Shown here in pieces: positions 10,556-20,139 of a stretch of DNA of 64,000 nt. The stretch's first letter is position 1; each line of letters starts with the position of its first letter. This stretch comes from an uncultured Acidobacteriota bacterium (lineage in GTDB: Bacteria; Acidobacteriota; Vicinamibacteria; Vicinamibacterales; CAVVIG01), in contig CAWACZ010000012.1 of the NCBI GenBank assembly GCA_963780685.1, positions 195,238-259,237 on the forward strand, written 5' to 3'. The position numbers and the translations under genes are program-made. The notes under the pieces were generated by a model. The model saw only the letters and a program-made list of their open reading frames with translations, was not told where the DNA came from and did no database searches.

Positions 10556-12885
10556 CTACCCTGCCTCTCGTTCGTCACTTGGCCCGCCGAAGCTATCAGG
10601 CGAAGGCGGCCGAGCGTTCAAGTAGTGCTGCCACAACGCTCCCTGCGCCAGACCGAAGAGTGCGCGGCGGCACTTGGGGCAAACGTCTTGGTAGTGCCCG
10701 CCGCCGGACAACTGGTACTGAAAGCCGAGTTCCTGCTCGACGACGGTGAGATCGCGAACCATCGGCAGCGAGGCATACGGTTGCCCGCAGCGGCGGCAAG
10801 CGGCCTGCTGGCCGCGAGCGCCTGCGTCCTTGTAGAAGCCGACGCCGAGCTGGGCCGGCCGTTGAAAGACGTGGAACAGCTTGCCGAACGGCAGCCAGAG
10901 CAGCGTCACGATCACCGTGGCGGCATGGAGAATCGCGAGGAACTCGTACGCGTAGCCCCGCATCCACGTGTAGCTGGCCGTGAGCATCAGCCCCGTCATG
11001 CTGATCGCGAAGAGCAGCAGCAGCGGCAGGATGTCCTGCCCGAACTGCTGCACGGCGACAGCGCCGTGGTCGATCATGCGGCGCCGGAAGGCGAGCATCA
11101 CGCCAGCGATGACCAGGAACGACGACCAGACCAGCCCATGGAAGATGACGAAGGCGAACGCGGACTCCACGGGAAAGTCCTGCATCGGGATGCCGAACAC
11201 GAAGGTGCGGTACCTGTGCAGGTCACCGGGAACCGTTTCGAAGTGAATCCAGCCCCAGACCAGCGGGAACGTGATCGCAGCAGCAAGCACGCAGCCCCAC
11301 ATGATCAGCCAGTGCGCGAGCCCACGGAGCCGGCCGCGCCGGAAGATGTACGCATTGGCCGCGAACTCCAGCAGCGCGCGGCGACCCGAGGCTGACCGTG
11401 TTGCCGGCCAGCGCGCGCCGTGAGAAGGAAGGCCTGCCATCCGCGACGCCAGTACATGCGCGTCGGCGGACGCTGCAGCCACATCGCGTACCGATAGCTG
11501 ATCCCGAACGCCGCAAAGAGCGTCGCGAACGTGTAGCCGACGAGCGCCGCGTCGAAGTGCTGCAGGTTTCGCGACCCGACGACGATCGCCGCGGCCAACG
11601 TGGCCGTGACGAGCGCTGCCCACGCGCCGGCTCTGACACGCTCGAGCGCCTGACGCGCGGCCACCGGGAGAGACCGCGTCCATTCGACGTCGCCTGGACG
11701 GAAGACACGCTGATTCGCCGCGCGCAGCAACAGTGCGGTCGCGGACAGGAGGAGGAACCCGGGCCAGATGGCGCCGAGTCGATCGCGGAAGACGCCGAGC
11801 AGGAGCGGCGGGAAGAACCCGCCGAGACCGCCGAGGGCGCCGACGAGGCCGGTCACCGTGCCGGTGTCTTTCGGGAAGCGTTCCGGGACCAGCTTGAAGA
11901 CGGCGCCGTTTCCCAGTCCCATCAGCATCGCGCACCCGAGCGCGCCGACCGTGAACGGCACCATCGACGGCCAGGTCAGAAGCAGCGAGAACAGGGCGAC
12001 GCCGCCGAAGACCCACGACAGGACCTGGGCGCCGCCGATCCGGTCCGCCAGCCACCCGCCGACGGGCCGCATGAGCGTGGCGAGCACGACGAATCCAGCC
12101 GCTCGGAATCCGGCGTCCGCAGGGGCCAGGCCGAACTGCGCACGCAGCAGCGTCGGCAGGTAGATCGAGAACGCGACGAATCCCCCGAATGTCAGGAAGT
12201 AGAATGCGCCGAGCAGCCAGGCGGTAGGCGCGCGCCGCAGGACCGCGGTCATCGCGGCGACCGTGGCGGGACGCCCGGCCTGCGGGGGATTCCGCGCGAA
12301 CACGAAGTAGGCGACGGCCCAACCCAGGAGAAGCGCGCTGGTGCCCCGGAACACCACTTCCCAGCCCAGGCGAGCGGCCACCACCGGGCCGGCGAAGACG
12401 GCAAGCGATTGCCCCATCGTCCCCAGACCGTAGACGCCGAGGGCGGTGCCCTGTCGAGCCGCCGGGGTCCAGCGGGACACGAAGGCCGCCCCTACCGCGA
12501 AGGACGACCCAGCCATGCCGATGAGGAAAGCCGCTACGAGCAGCGAGCCGAAGCTGCTCGTCAGCGGAACGAGGAACGCCGCCAGTGAGGAGAAAGCCAG
12601 GAGCGCGGTGAAGACCAGGCGGCCGCCGAATCGATCCGTCAGCATGCCCATCGGCAGCCGCGCCAACGAGCCGAGCAACACCGGCACGGCAACCAACAGC
12701 GCCGTCTGCGACGCCGTCAGCCCATAGAGACTGCTGAAGACAGACGCCAGTCCGCCAATGAGGCCCCACGCAGCGAACGACAGCGTAAAAGAGATCGTCG
12801 CGAGTACCAAGGGACGCGTGGGCGACGTCCCTGCACCGGTCACGTGGGCCACGGATGGCCTGCTCTCGAGAGACGTATCGCGCAT
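10556..12885 (-). CDS. Fusion protein: NarK-type MFS nitrate/nitrite transporter plus NarI-like di-heme cytochrome b domain plus C-terminal Cys4 ribbon; apparent frameshift near 11400
   Basis: ORF 11305..12885 is a 12-TM MFS ([16 protein letters not shown]...[34 protein letters not shown]). The C-terminal 280 aa of ORF 10556..12946 read [24 protein letters not shown]...FHGLVWSS...[20 protein letters not shown] and CRRCGQPY...CPKCRR. Confidence 0.8.
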
Positions 12886-13195
12886 GTCGTCTGTCTAGTC
12901 TGCCGCCACCGTTCGCGAACCTGTCCGGGATGCCGAGTGTGTCCAAGCCGAACAGTTCAGTTCACATGCGAGCGTCCGATTCCTGAAGCGGCCGTCGCTG
13001 TTCTCGACTCGGCTCCAGAAGCCAGCAGCATACCAGCGGTCGTGGCGCCGCTGCACGACACTCGAAACGGGAGGCTGCTATCGATACGACGGACGAGCAC
13101 AGCGATGATCGCGATCCCATCGGTGACTCGCCTTGGAGCAAGCCGAGTACTTGTGGTGCAGCACATTGCAGCTGGCAACGGCTTCGGAGATCACA

Positions 13196-13716
13196 TCACG
13201 CGGACAGGTATCGCTCGCGTAGGATGGCCGATGTGGTGAGCAACGTGCCCGATGCACATGTAAGCGAGCGCCCGAACCGTGAACGGGTTGCCGCTGGCGA
13301 CACCGCGCCGCGCCCACCCATCCGCCGGCAGCGATCGGAAAGAAGGCGATGGTCGCGCCTCGAACCGCCTCGAACTCCACAACGATGTCCGCCCATGGCC
13401 GATTGTCGGCGTGGGCAGCCGATACGGCAACCTCCTGGTCGAAGCTCGGTAGCGGACTCTCGAAACCACGAGCAAACCAGAAGGCGCGAGCCACGAACAG
13501 CCGCTCGCAGTCCGCCAGGTGATTCATCACGTCGCGGATGCTCCACTTCCCTGGCGCATAGCGGTGAAGCGACTGTGTCTCCGTGATGCCGCGCGCGAGT
13601 TGGAGCACCTCAGGGAGCTGCACCACCAGCTGCGCGCAGATATCCCCATCCGGAACTTGATCGATATACGTGAAGTAATACGGCGCGGCCTCGGTGCGAT
13701 CAGGACGCTGCGGCAT
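13196..13716 (-). CDS. DinB-family protein, two apparent frameshifts (near 13330 and 13225)
   Basis: ATG 13716 MPQRPDRTEAAPYYFTYIDQVPDGD...WSIRDVMNHLADCERLFVARAFWFARG. It continues in other phases as RSLPADGWARRGVASGNPFTVRALAYMCIGHVAHH, then ILRERYLSA*. Confidence 0.7.
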
Positions 13717-13968
13717 GGAAATTCCCTTAGAAGCACTCGAAATCTTCGCCGCCAACAGGTCGGCACAATCCAGCCAGCCGGTGTTCGAATCGATCACGCT
13801 GTTTGACAACAAGGCGGTTGCCGCAACATGGTCGCCCGCTCCCGAAAACAAGTATCGCGTGGAACTCACAGTGAATGCGGACAAACTGAAGGCAGACGGT
13901 TCAGGGCGCGCGAACATGGCTCCGACCGAAGTGGCGGCGGGCCGGTCCCGTATACTCGATGCCAACGC

Positions 13969-16192
13969 ATGTCGATTCCCGCCCAGATTGCGCACTACCG
14001 CGTGGTCTCGAAGCTTGGCGAAGGCGGGATGGGCATCGTCTATGAGGCCGACGATCCAAGGTTGGGGCGGCGGGTCGCCATCAAGCTGCTTCGGGCCGAT
14101 GACGCCATCGCCCGAGCCCGCCTCGTGCGGGAGGCGCGCGCCGCGGCCGCGATCTCGCATCCGCTGATTTGTCAGGTTTTCGATCTGGGCGAATGGGACG
14201 GCCGCCCCTACCTCGTGATGGAGCTCGTGCAGGGAGATCCGCTCAGCGCGAGGCTGGGACGGCCGCTTCCACCCGACCAGGCGCTGCGATGGGCGCTGGC
14301 CATCGGTGAAGGGCTCGCCGTCCTTCACCATCACGCCATCGTCCACCGCGATCTGAAGCCGTCGAATGTCTTCGTCACCCGGTCTGGCCTGAAGCTCCTC
14401 GACTTCGGGCTCGCGCGGCCGATCGACACCCACGACAACGAAACGATGGCGGGCGTGACGCAGGCCGGCGTCATCGTCGGCACACCGCAGTATGCCGCGC
14501 CGGAACAGCTATCGGGCGATTCCGTCGACGCACGGGCGGACCTGTTCTCGCTCGGCGTGATGCTGTTCGAGATGGTCACCGGGCGACCGCCCTTCGTGGG
14601 CACGACGCTCGCGGCCCTCATTCATGCCGTGCTCTACGACACGCCTCCCGTGCTGACGGGCTCGCCGGCCATTTCCGCGCTCGACCGCGTGATTCATCGC
14701 GCGCTGGCGAAGAGGGCCGACAATCGCTACCCGACGATCGACCGAATGGCGTCGGAGCTTCAGGCGGCGCTGGCATCCCTCGGTTCGGACCCGCCGATCG
14801 AAACACGAGCCGTCACGCGCCTGGCAGTGCTCCCGTTTCGCCTGCTCAAGGCGGATCCGGATATCGACTACCTGCGGTCGAGTCTGGCGGACGCGATTAC
14901 GACGTCGCTGTCCGGCCTGGAGTCGCTGGTGCTGCGATCGACCATCAAGTCGGCCGCGTACGCGGACGCCTCACCCGATCTGAACCGCATCGCGTCCGAG
15001 CTGGCGGTGGACGCCGTCCTGACCGGCTCGATTCTGTCGTCGAACGATCGCCTGCGTGTCAGCGCCCAGCTGGTGACGGCGCCGGCCGGCGACGTCTTGT
15101 GGTCGGTACGGCACGGTTGTGGACGCCAGTGCGGTGTTCGAGCTCCACGAGACCCTCGCACGGCGTACGGTCGAGGCGCTACCCCTCACGTCACGCGACC
15201 AGGCGCGACGACCGCAGGCTGGCCCGGCGAATCACAAGGCCTTCGATTTGTACCTCCGAGGGATGCAGCTTCGAATGGAGCCGAGCAGCTGGCGGCAGGC
15301 GCGGGCGCTGTTCGAACAATCGGTCGCGCTGGACCCGGCGTTCGCGCCGGCCTGGGCCGAGCGAGGGCGTCTCGATCGCGTCCTGGGCAAGTTCGAGAAT
15401 CGCGCACGACTCGCGGACGCGGAAGCGGCGTTTCAGCGCGCGCTCGAGCTCGATCGCGACAATGGTGCGGCGCACTACTACTACGCGCAACTCGAGATCG
15501 ACGTGGGACGCGCAGACGCGGCGCTCGAACGCCTCCTCGATCGGGCGCGGCAGCGACGCGCCGAGCCGGAAGTGTACGCAGCGCTCGTTCATGCGTGTCG
15601 CTATTGCGGGCTGCTCGACGAGTCGCTCGCCGCACACGACCATGCCCGCCGGCTCGACCCGACGGTCACGACGAGCGTGCTTCATACCTACTACATGCGA
15701 GGCGATTACGGACGGGCGCTCGAGCAGGGCCACCAGAGCACCGATCCCTTGGAAGCTCGCGTCCTGGGTGCGATGGGTCGCACAGGAGAGGCCATCGCCG
15801 CCGCGCGACGCGAGGAGGAACGCTTCAGCGCCGTTCCGACGCTGAAGAGCTTGTGCACCGCGTTTCGCGCCACGTTGGAGGGCCGTCGTGACGAGGCGCA
15901 AACGGCGCTCGCCGGGCTCGCAGGATTCAACGAATTCAACGACGGGGAGGGACTCTTCTATGTCGCCCAGCTCTACGCCATGCTGGGTCTGGTCGACCAG
16001 GCCGTCGTCACGCTCGAGGGATCCGTCGACCTGGGTTTCGTCGCGGTAACCGCCATCGAGAACGACCCGTACCTGAAGCCGCTGCGCCAGCTCACGAGGT
16101 ACGTGGAAGTGGTGGAGCGCGCGAGGACCCGACAAAGCGCCGCCGCCGGGACCTTCGCCCGCGCCGGCGGCTTTCTGGTGTTGCAGAACTAG
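13969..16192 (+). CDS. Hanks-type Ser/Thr protein kinase with TolB-N-like and TPR C-terminal region; apparent frameshift near 15105
   Basis: ATG 13969 MSIPAQIAHYRVVSKLGEGGMGIVYEA...HRDLKPSNVF...DFGLAR...GTPQYAAPE, then RLAVLPFRLLKADPDIDYLRSSLADAI. The TPR part lies in ORF 15119..16192. Confidence 0.85.
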
Positions 16193-16262
16193 TGGTGTAT
16201 CGCCGCTCCCATCGAACAGGGCGGCCTGGGGACCAAGCGCGATCGCCCGATACTCCGGAAGG

Positions 16263-17688
16263 ATGCTGTCCTTACGTCATGCCGTGCTTGGGTTCGTCCT
16301 GCTAGGGGCGGCTGGGGGCACTTTGCCGGCTGCGGCGGCCGAACGGACGGTCGTGCTTTCGACCGCGGAGCGCTCGGCCATCGCCAGAGCATTTGCACCC
16401 GTGCTCGTCTTTCATCCGTTGGAAGAATACTTTCCGACAAGCCCCGTATTCCCGCTCGACTCGTCTCGTGTGTTGGAGGCTGCGGAAGAACACCTGCTCG
16501 ATCTTCGCACACGCCTGGGCAGTCACTCCGAACGTGCGGCGCACTATCGAGCGTTGTCGATTGACGAAAAGGTCCGGCGCAGCGCCGTGCAGTACCGGGT
16601 GTTCTCGCGGCTGGTAGACGGACGTGCGGAGGTCGTCGCCGAGGTCCTGGTGCTACTACGTATTCAACCAGTTCTCGGTCCGTGTACCTGGCTGCCCTAT
16701 CGCGTGCCGATAACCATCCTCACGACCTGGAGCGCGTGTATTCGTGTTGCGACCGCTCGGTACAGGCGGCGCCCCCGACCACCCGGACGAGGAGTGGGCG
16801 ACAAAAGCATTTCGGATCGAGCGAGTGGTCACAAACGCCCACGATGGCAGCATTCCACCGAATCAGTATCTGGCAGGTGACGGCGAAACACTCGCCCCGC
16901 CAATCGCCGTGCTCATCGAGCACGGATCCCACGCAATGGCGCCAGATATCAATCGTGACGGACAGTTCACCCCAAAATCGACAGCACGGCTACGACAAAG
17001 CTGTTGTGGGGCATCCGCGATCGCGGCGCGACGTGGGGTCGATATCGGTCTTTGTACATGGATCTTCGAGGAGAGACTTCGGTGCGACTCTGCGGTCCGG
17101 CTTCACCTCCGCCGGATCGTGAGACGTGTCAGCCTTACGCGCTGTCTCCGGCCATCGAGCTGCAAGACTGGTTCAGCCGCGCCTCGCTGTCGCGCGCCGA
17201 TCGACGCGACATCGTCGGCCATACGCCTTGGCTGAGACGCGCGTTCAGCGACGTCCGCGTCGAACGATTGATGTTCCCCACCGACCCGCCGGACGGTCGA
17301 ATGCTCGACTCGATGCTGCGTCGCCGCTCGAGGACCCATGCAGGATACGTGCTGGGCTGGACCACCACCGGAACGCATGTGCCAACCTTCCTGGTGGGAC
17401 GGCGCTACTTCTGGGAGGTCCAAACACGATACGCACCGGACATCATTGCGGAAGCGATGGCGCTTTTTCCTGTGGGCGACCGACGACTGGGCGAGGCGAC
17501 TATTTTTGGATCCTACGCGGTCGATGCGGTCTCGAGCGTCTTGGTGGGGGCCGGCTGGTTGTCGAATGGGAGGTCGTCCCCGGACGTTCTCGCGGGAGTC
17601 GATCTGCCGAATCGGCTTACTGCGCATCCGTCCCACGTGGGGGTTTCGCGGGGGCGGATTCGACTCCCGCGTAACGGTCACGTTCTGA
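16263..17688 (+). pseudogene. Secreted hypothetical protein (possibly Vps62/DUF946-like), at least 4 phase changes
   Basis: Signal peptide MLSLRHAVLGFVLLGAAGGTLPAAAA, then FAPVLVFHPLEEYFPTSP. Readable pieces are scattered over three phases (DNHPHDLERVY, VLRPLGTGGAPDHPDEEWATKAFRIERVVTNAHDGS, LWGIRDRGATWGRY...). The 3' end is uncertain. Confidence 0.5.
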
Positions 17689-18063
17689 GTGGGCCGCGTG
17701 ACGCACACGCAGCATGCCGCCCGCCCACACGCACGGCAAGGCGGTCACGATTAGAAGAATCGGATACCATCTCGGTCCGAACGCCGGCCCGGCATTCCAA
17801 GTGGCAACGGCGCCAATCGTCGCCGCGAGCATCCCGACCGCGCCGAGCACCATGACATGCCAGATGGGTCGTCGAGGGGCCAGCGCGGCGGTGAGGTAGC
17901 CTCCGAGCACGGTGGAGACGACCCGGTAGACGGTTGCCCACACGAAGAGCCCATCAGTCATCGATTCGCCCCAAGGAGGAAATACACCGCTCGCGTGCAT
18001 GACGGCGTCGGTGCCGACCGAGAGCAGCGCGGTGGCGACCAATCCCGCGGCCACCGCGGCCAC
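17617..18063 (-). CDS. Four-TM membrane protein of unknown function
   Basis: 148 aa, hydrophobic helices VAAGLVATALLSVGTDAV, LFVWATVYRVVSTVLGGYLTAAL, WHVMVLGAVGMLAATIGAVA, WYPILLIVTALPCVWAGGML. Same strand as the ArsR/SRPBCC genes. Confidence 0.6.
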   Translation of the reverse strand: MAAVAAGLVATALLSVGTDAVMHASGVFPPWGESMTDGLFVWATVYRVVSTVLGGYLTAALAPRRPIWHVMVLGAVGMLAATIGAVATWNAGPAFGPRWYPILLIVTALPCVWAGGMLRVRHAAHSERDRYAGVESAPAKPPRGTDAQ

Positions 18064-18099
18064 ACTTCGTCCGGTGTGACGCGAAACGAGAGTCTGCGG

Positions 18100-18639
18100 T
18101 CATGGCTGGCCACCGGTGCGGCGGCTATCAATTGCCTGGACCACGGCCGCCAGCTTGTCGAGCTCGCTCTCCCAGCCCATCTTGGCTCGCTCGGTCCATT
18201 CGTCGCTGTGCATGGCGTCGAATGTCAGGATCATTCGGACGCCGGCGGCGGTCGGCCGCAGTTCGACCACAGTGGCCACATCGTACGGGTCGACGCCGGG
18301 GATGAAATCGGTGAGGTGGAGGTACGCCAGCCGGCGCGGCGGCTCGACCTCGGTGAACGTGATGCGGCATTCCTGCGTGAGCGGCATGCCCGCCTTTTTC
18401 ATAAACTCGATCTGGGGCGGGTGGACGGCAGTCATCGCGTAGAGGAGCTCGCCTCCGGGACGAAGATTGAGCTTCCGAACCGTGACCGCGAATCCACCGG
18501 GACCCCACCACGATTCGATACCGTCCTTGGTGGTCCACAGGTCCCACACGTCTTGAAGCTCGGCTCGATACACCCGTTCGAGCGTGATGCGGTTCCGAGA
18601 GCCGGGCACACCGGCGCTGGTCTTGAGCGTGTCTGTCAT
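18100..18639 (-). CDS. SRPBCC/AHSA1-domain protein
   Basis: From ATG 18639: MTDTLKTSAGVPGSRNRITLERVYRAELQDVWDLWTTKDGIESWWGPGGF...MHSDEWTERAKMGWESELDKLAAVV. ATGA overlap with the ArsR stop. Confidence 0.85.
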   Translation of the reverse strand: MTDTLKTSAGVPGSRNRITLERVYRAELQDVWDLWTTKDGIESWWGPGGFAVTVRKLNLRPGGELLYAMTAVHPPQIEFMKKAGMPLTQECRITFTEVEPPRRLAYLHLTDFIPGVDPYDVATVVELRPTAAGVRMILTFDAMHSDEWTERAKMGWESELDKLAAVVQAIDSRRTGGQP

Positions 18640-18989
18640 GGCGTCCTCCGTGTACGGCGGGAGCGTCGGCGCGCCTGCTGCCTGCGCGCGAGCGCGTCGC
18701 CAAAGGCGTCGAGGCGTGCGATCCACAAGGCGCGGTATTGTGCGACCCAGGTGTCCAGAGCCCGAAACGGTTCGGGCCGCAACGAGTACAGGCGGTGCGG
18801 GCCGTCAGGCCTCACCTGAACGAACCCGGCCTCTTCGAGAATCCGGAGGTGCCGCGACACTCCCGATTGGTGGATGTCCATCCGCGCGACCAGGTCGTTG
18901 ACCGCTTGTTCGCCGCCAAGCAGCGCCTCGACAATCTGGAAGCGGCTCGGATCCGCGAGGGTCTGAAAGACAGCGGCTTGCATCTCCAT
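18636..18989 (-). CDS. ArsR/SmtB-family transcriptional regulator
   Basis: MEMQAAVFQTLADPSRFQIVEALLGGEQAVNDLVARMDIHQSGVSRHLRILEEAGFV, the canonical ArsR wHTH. Confidence 0.9.
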   Translation of the reverse strand: MEMQAAVFQTLADPSRFQIVEALLGGEQAVNDLVARMDIHQSGVSRHLRILEEAGFVQVRPDGPHRLYSLRPEPFRALDTWVAQYRALWIARLDAFGDALARRQQARRRSRRTRRTP

Positions 18990-18990
18990 A

Positions 18991-19026
18991 CATATGCATG
19001 TTACTGCATATGCATGGCGGTGTCAA
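18991..19026 (-). promoter_or_regulatory. Sigma70-like promoter (TTGACA-N17-TAACAT) with two CATATGCATG operator repeats, placing the TSS next to the arsR ATG (leaderless)
   Basis: Minus strand reads TTGACA (19026-19021), a 17-nt spacer, then TAACAT (19003-18998). CATATGCATG occurs at 18991-19000 and 19007-19016. The arsR ATG ends at 18989. Confidence 0.55.
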
Positions 19027-19077
19027 GCAGCCGTGCTGGCTTTTTCAGCAACCGCTGAAACCGCTGCCCAGCTTGGT

Positions 19078-19876
19078 TCAGTGAGTGAGGCCGTAGATCA
19101 AGTAGTTGACGCCGAGCTTATAGGCCTCGTTCGTATCGTCGATCGGGCGCAGGCCGCTGCCCGACCACTCCCAGGACCTGGGACACGTCAGTGTTGTAGT
19201 TGACGATCGCCTGAAGCCGCTTCTCTGGATCGTTGTCCTCGAAGACGCCGCGGAAGATCGGCTTTCCAGCGTTGTAGGCCTGCGGCACGATGTCGAGGTC
19301 GTCAATCTCGAAGAAGGCATGGAAGATTGGATGCGTCGGCTTCATGTCGAAGAAGCGAACATCGGGGAACACCCGTCGCATGTTGGCTTCGAACACCGCC
19401 CAGCCGGGACTGCCGAAGTCGCCTTCCCGCTTGAAGTCGTCGACGATCAGGAAGCCGCCTTTCTGGAGGTACGTCCGCAGCCCTTCGGCTTCGCGATCGG
19501 TCAAGGTCCACCAGCTGGCCTCGATGATGTAGGCGACGGGGTACTTGAAGATCTCCGGGTCGTCCAGCGTCAGCGTGTTGATGGTGTCGTCGTGGGCATC
19601 GAGCAGGCTCACCTCTTTCATGATCTTCATCAGATTCTGCTCGGCGAGCGGATACCCATGCGCCCACGAGGGAAGACCGCGCCACCAGTAGCCGCCGGGC
19701 GCCGTCTCGTACTTGAGGCGGACAAACGTGAATCGGGCATCGTACGCGACGTTCGGATCGGGATGAAACGGCGTGAATCGCCCGCCGAAGAACCCTCGCT
19801 CGCGCTGGGCGAAGGCGGTCAGGCCGGCCAGAAGACAGATGGCGATGATGGCCGAGGCTCCGCGGCGTCTGCTCAC
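19078..19876 (-). CDS. DUF4159-domain protein; apparent frameshift near 19185
   Basis: Signal/anchor MSRRRGASAIIAICLLAGLTAFA, FTFVRLKYETAPGGYWWRGLPSWAHGYPLAEQNLMKIM...FLIVDDF. The tail WEWSGSGLRPIDDTNEAYKLGVNYLIYGLTH* lies in ORF 19078..19320, a different phase. Confidence 0.8.
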
Positions 19877-19952
19877 GCCGAGAGAATAACACTCACGACT
19901 TCGTCACGTTCACTGACCGTGCCTGGGTGCCTCGTGCCGACTTCAGACGCAC

Positions 19953-20110
19953 CTATCGTCGTTGCGGGTACTTCTCGAACCAGGCGACCATTTCCAGATT
20001 GACCCGCTTCGCGTTCGCGCCGAAGAACCCATGCCCTGCGCCTTCCACCGTCAGGAGCTTGGAGGATGCGACGGCAGTGGGTGGCCACGTCATGTAGATG
20101 GTTCGCCCGT
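19953..20110 (-). pseudogene. C-terminal relic of an alpha/beta hydrolase (dienelactone hydrolase/S9-like)
   Basis: Minus strand reads GRTIYMTWPPTAVASSKLLTVEGAGHGFFGANAKRVNLEMVAWFEKYPQRR* (TAG 19953-19955). No upstream catalytic part is present. Confidence 0.3.
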
Positions 20111-20139
20111 CCAGGCGTGAGATACTAAAGGACTGTTCG

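Noticed and set aside
11400-12946. N-terminal about 500 aa of the 796-aa ORF 10556..12946
   Set aside because: Only the C-terminal 280 aa (the NarI-like domain) look real. The upstream part is an out-of-phase read-through of the NarK-like MFS gene, whose true phase is ORF 11305..12885.
13717-14433. N-terminal 240 aa of the 451-aa minus-strand ORF 13078..14433
   Set aside because: It is antisense to the kinase gene. Only the part from ATG 13716 onward matches DinB-family sequence.
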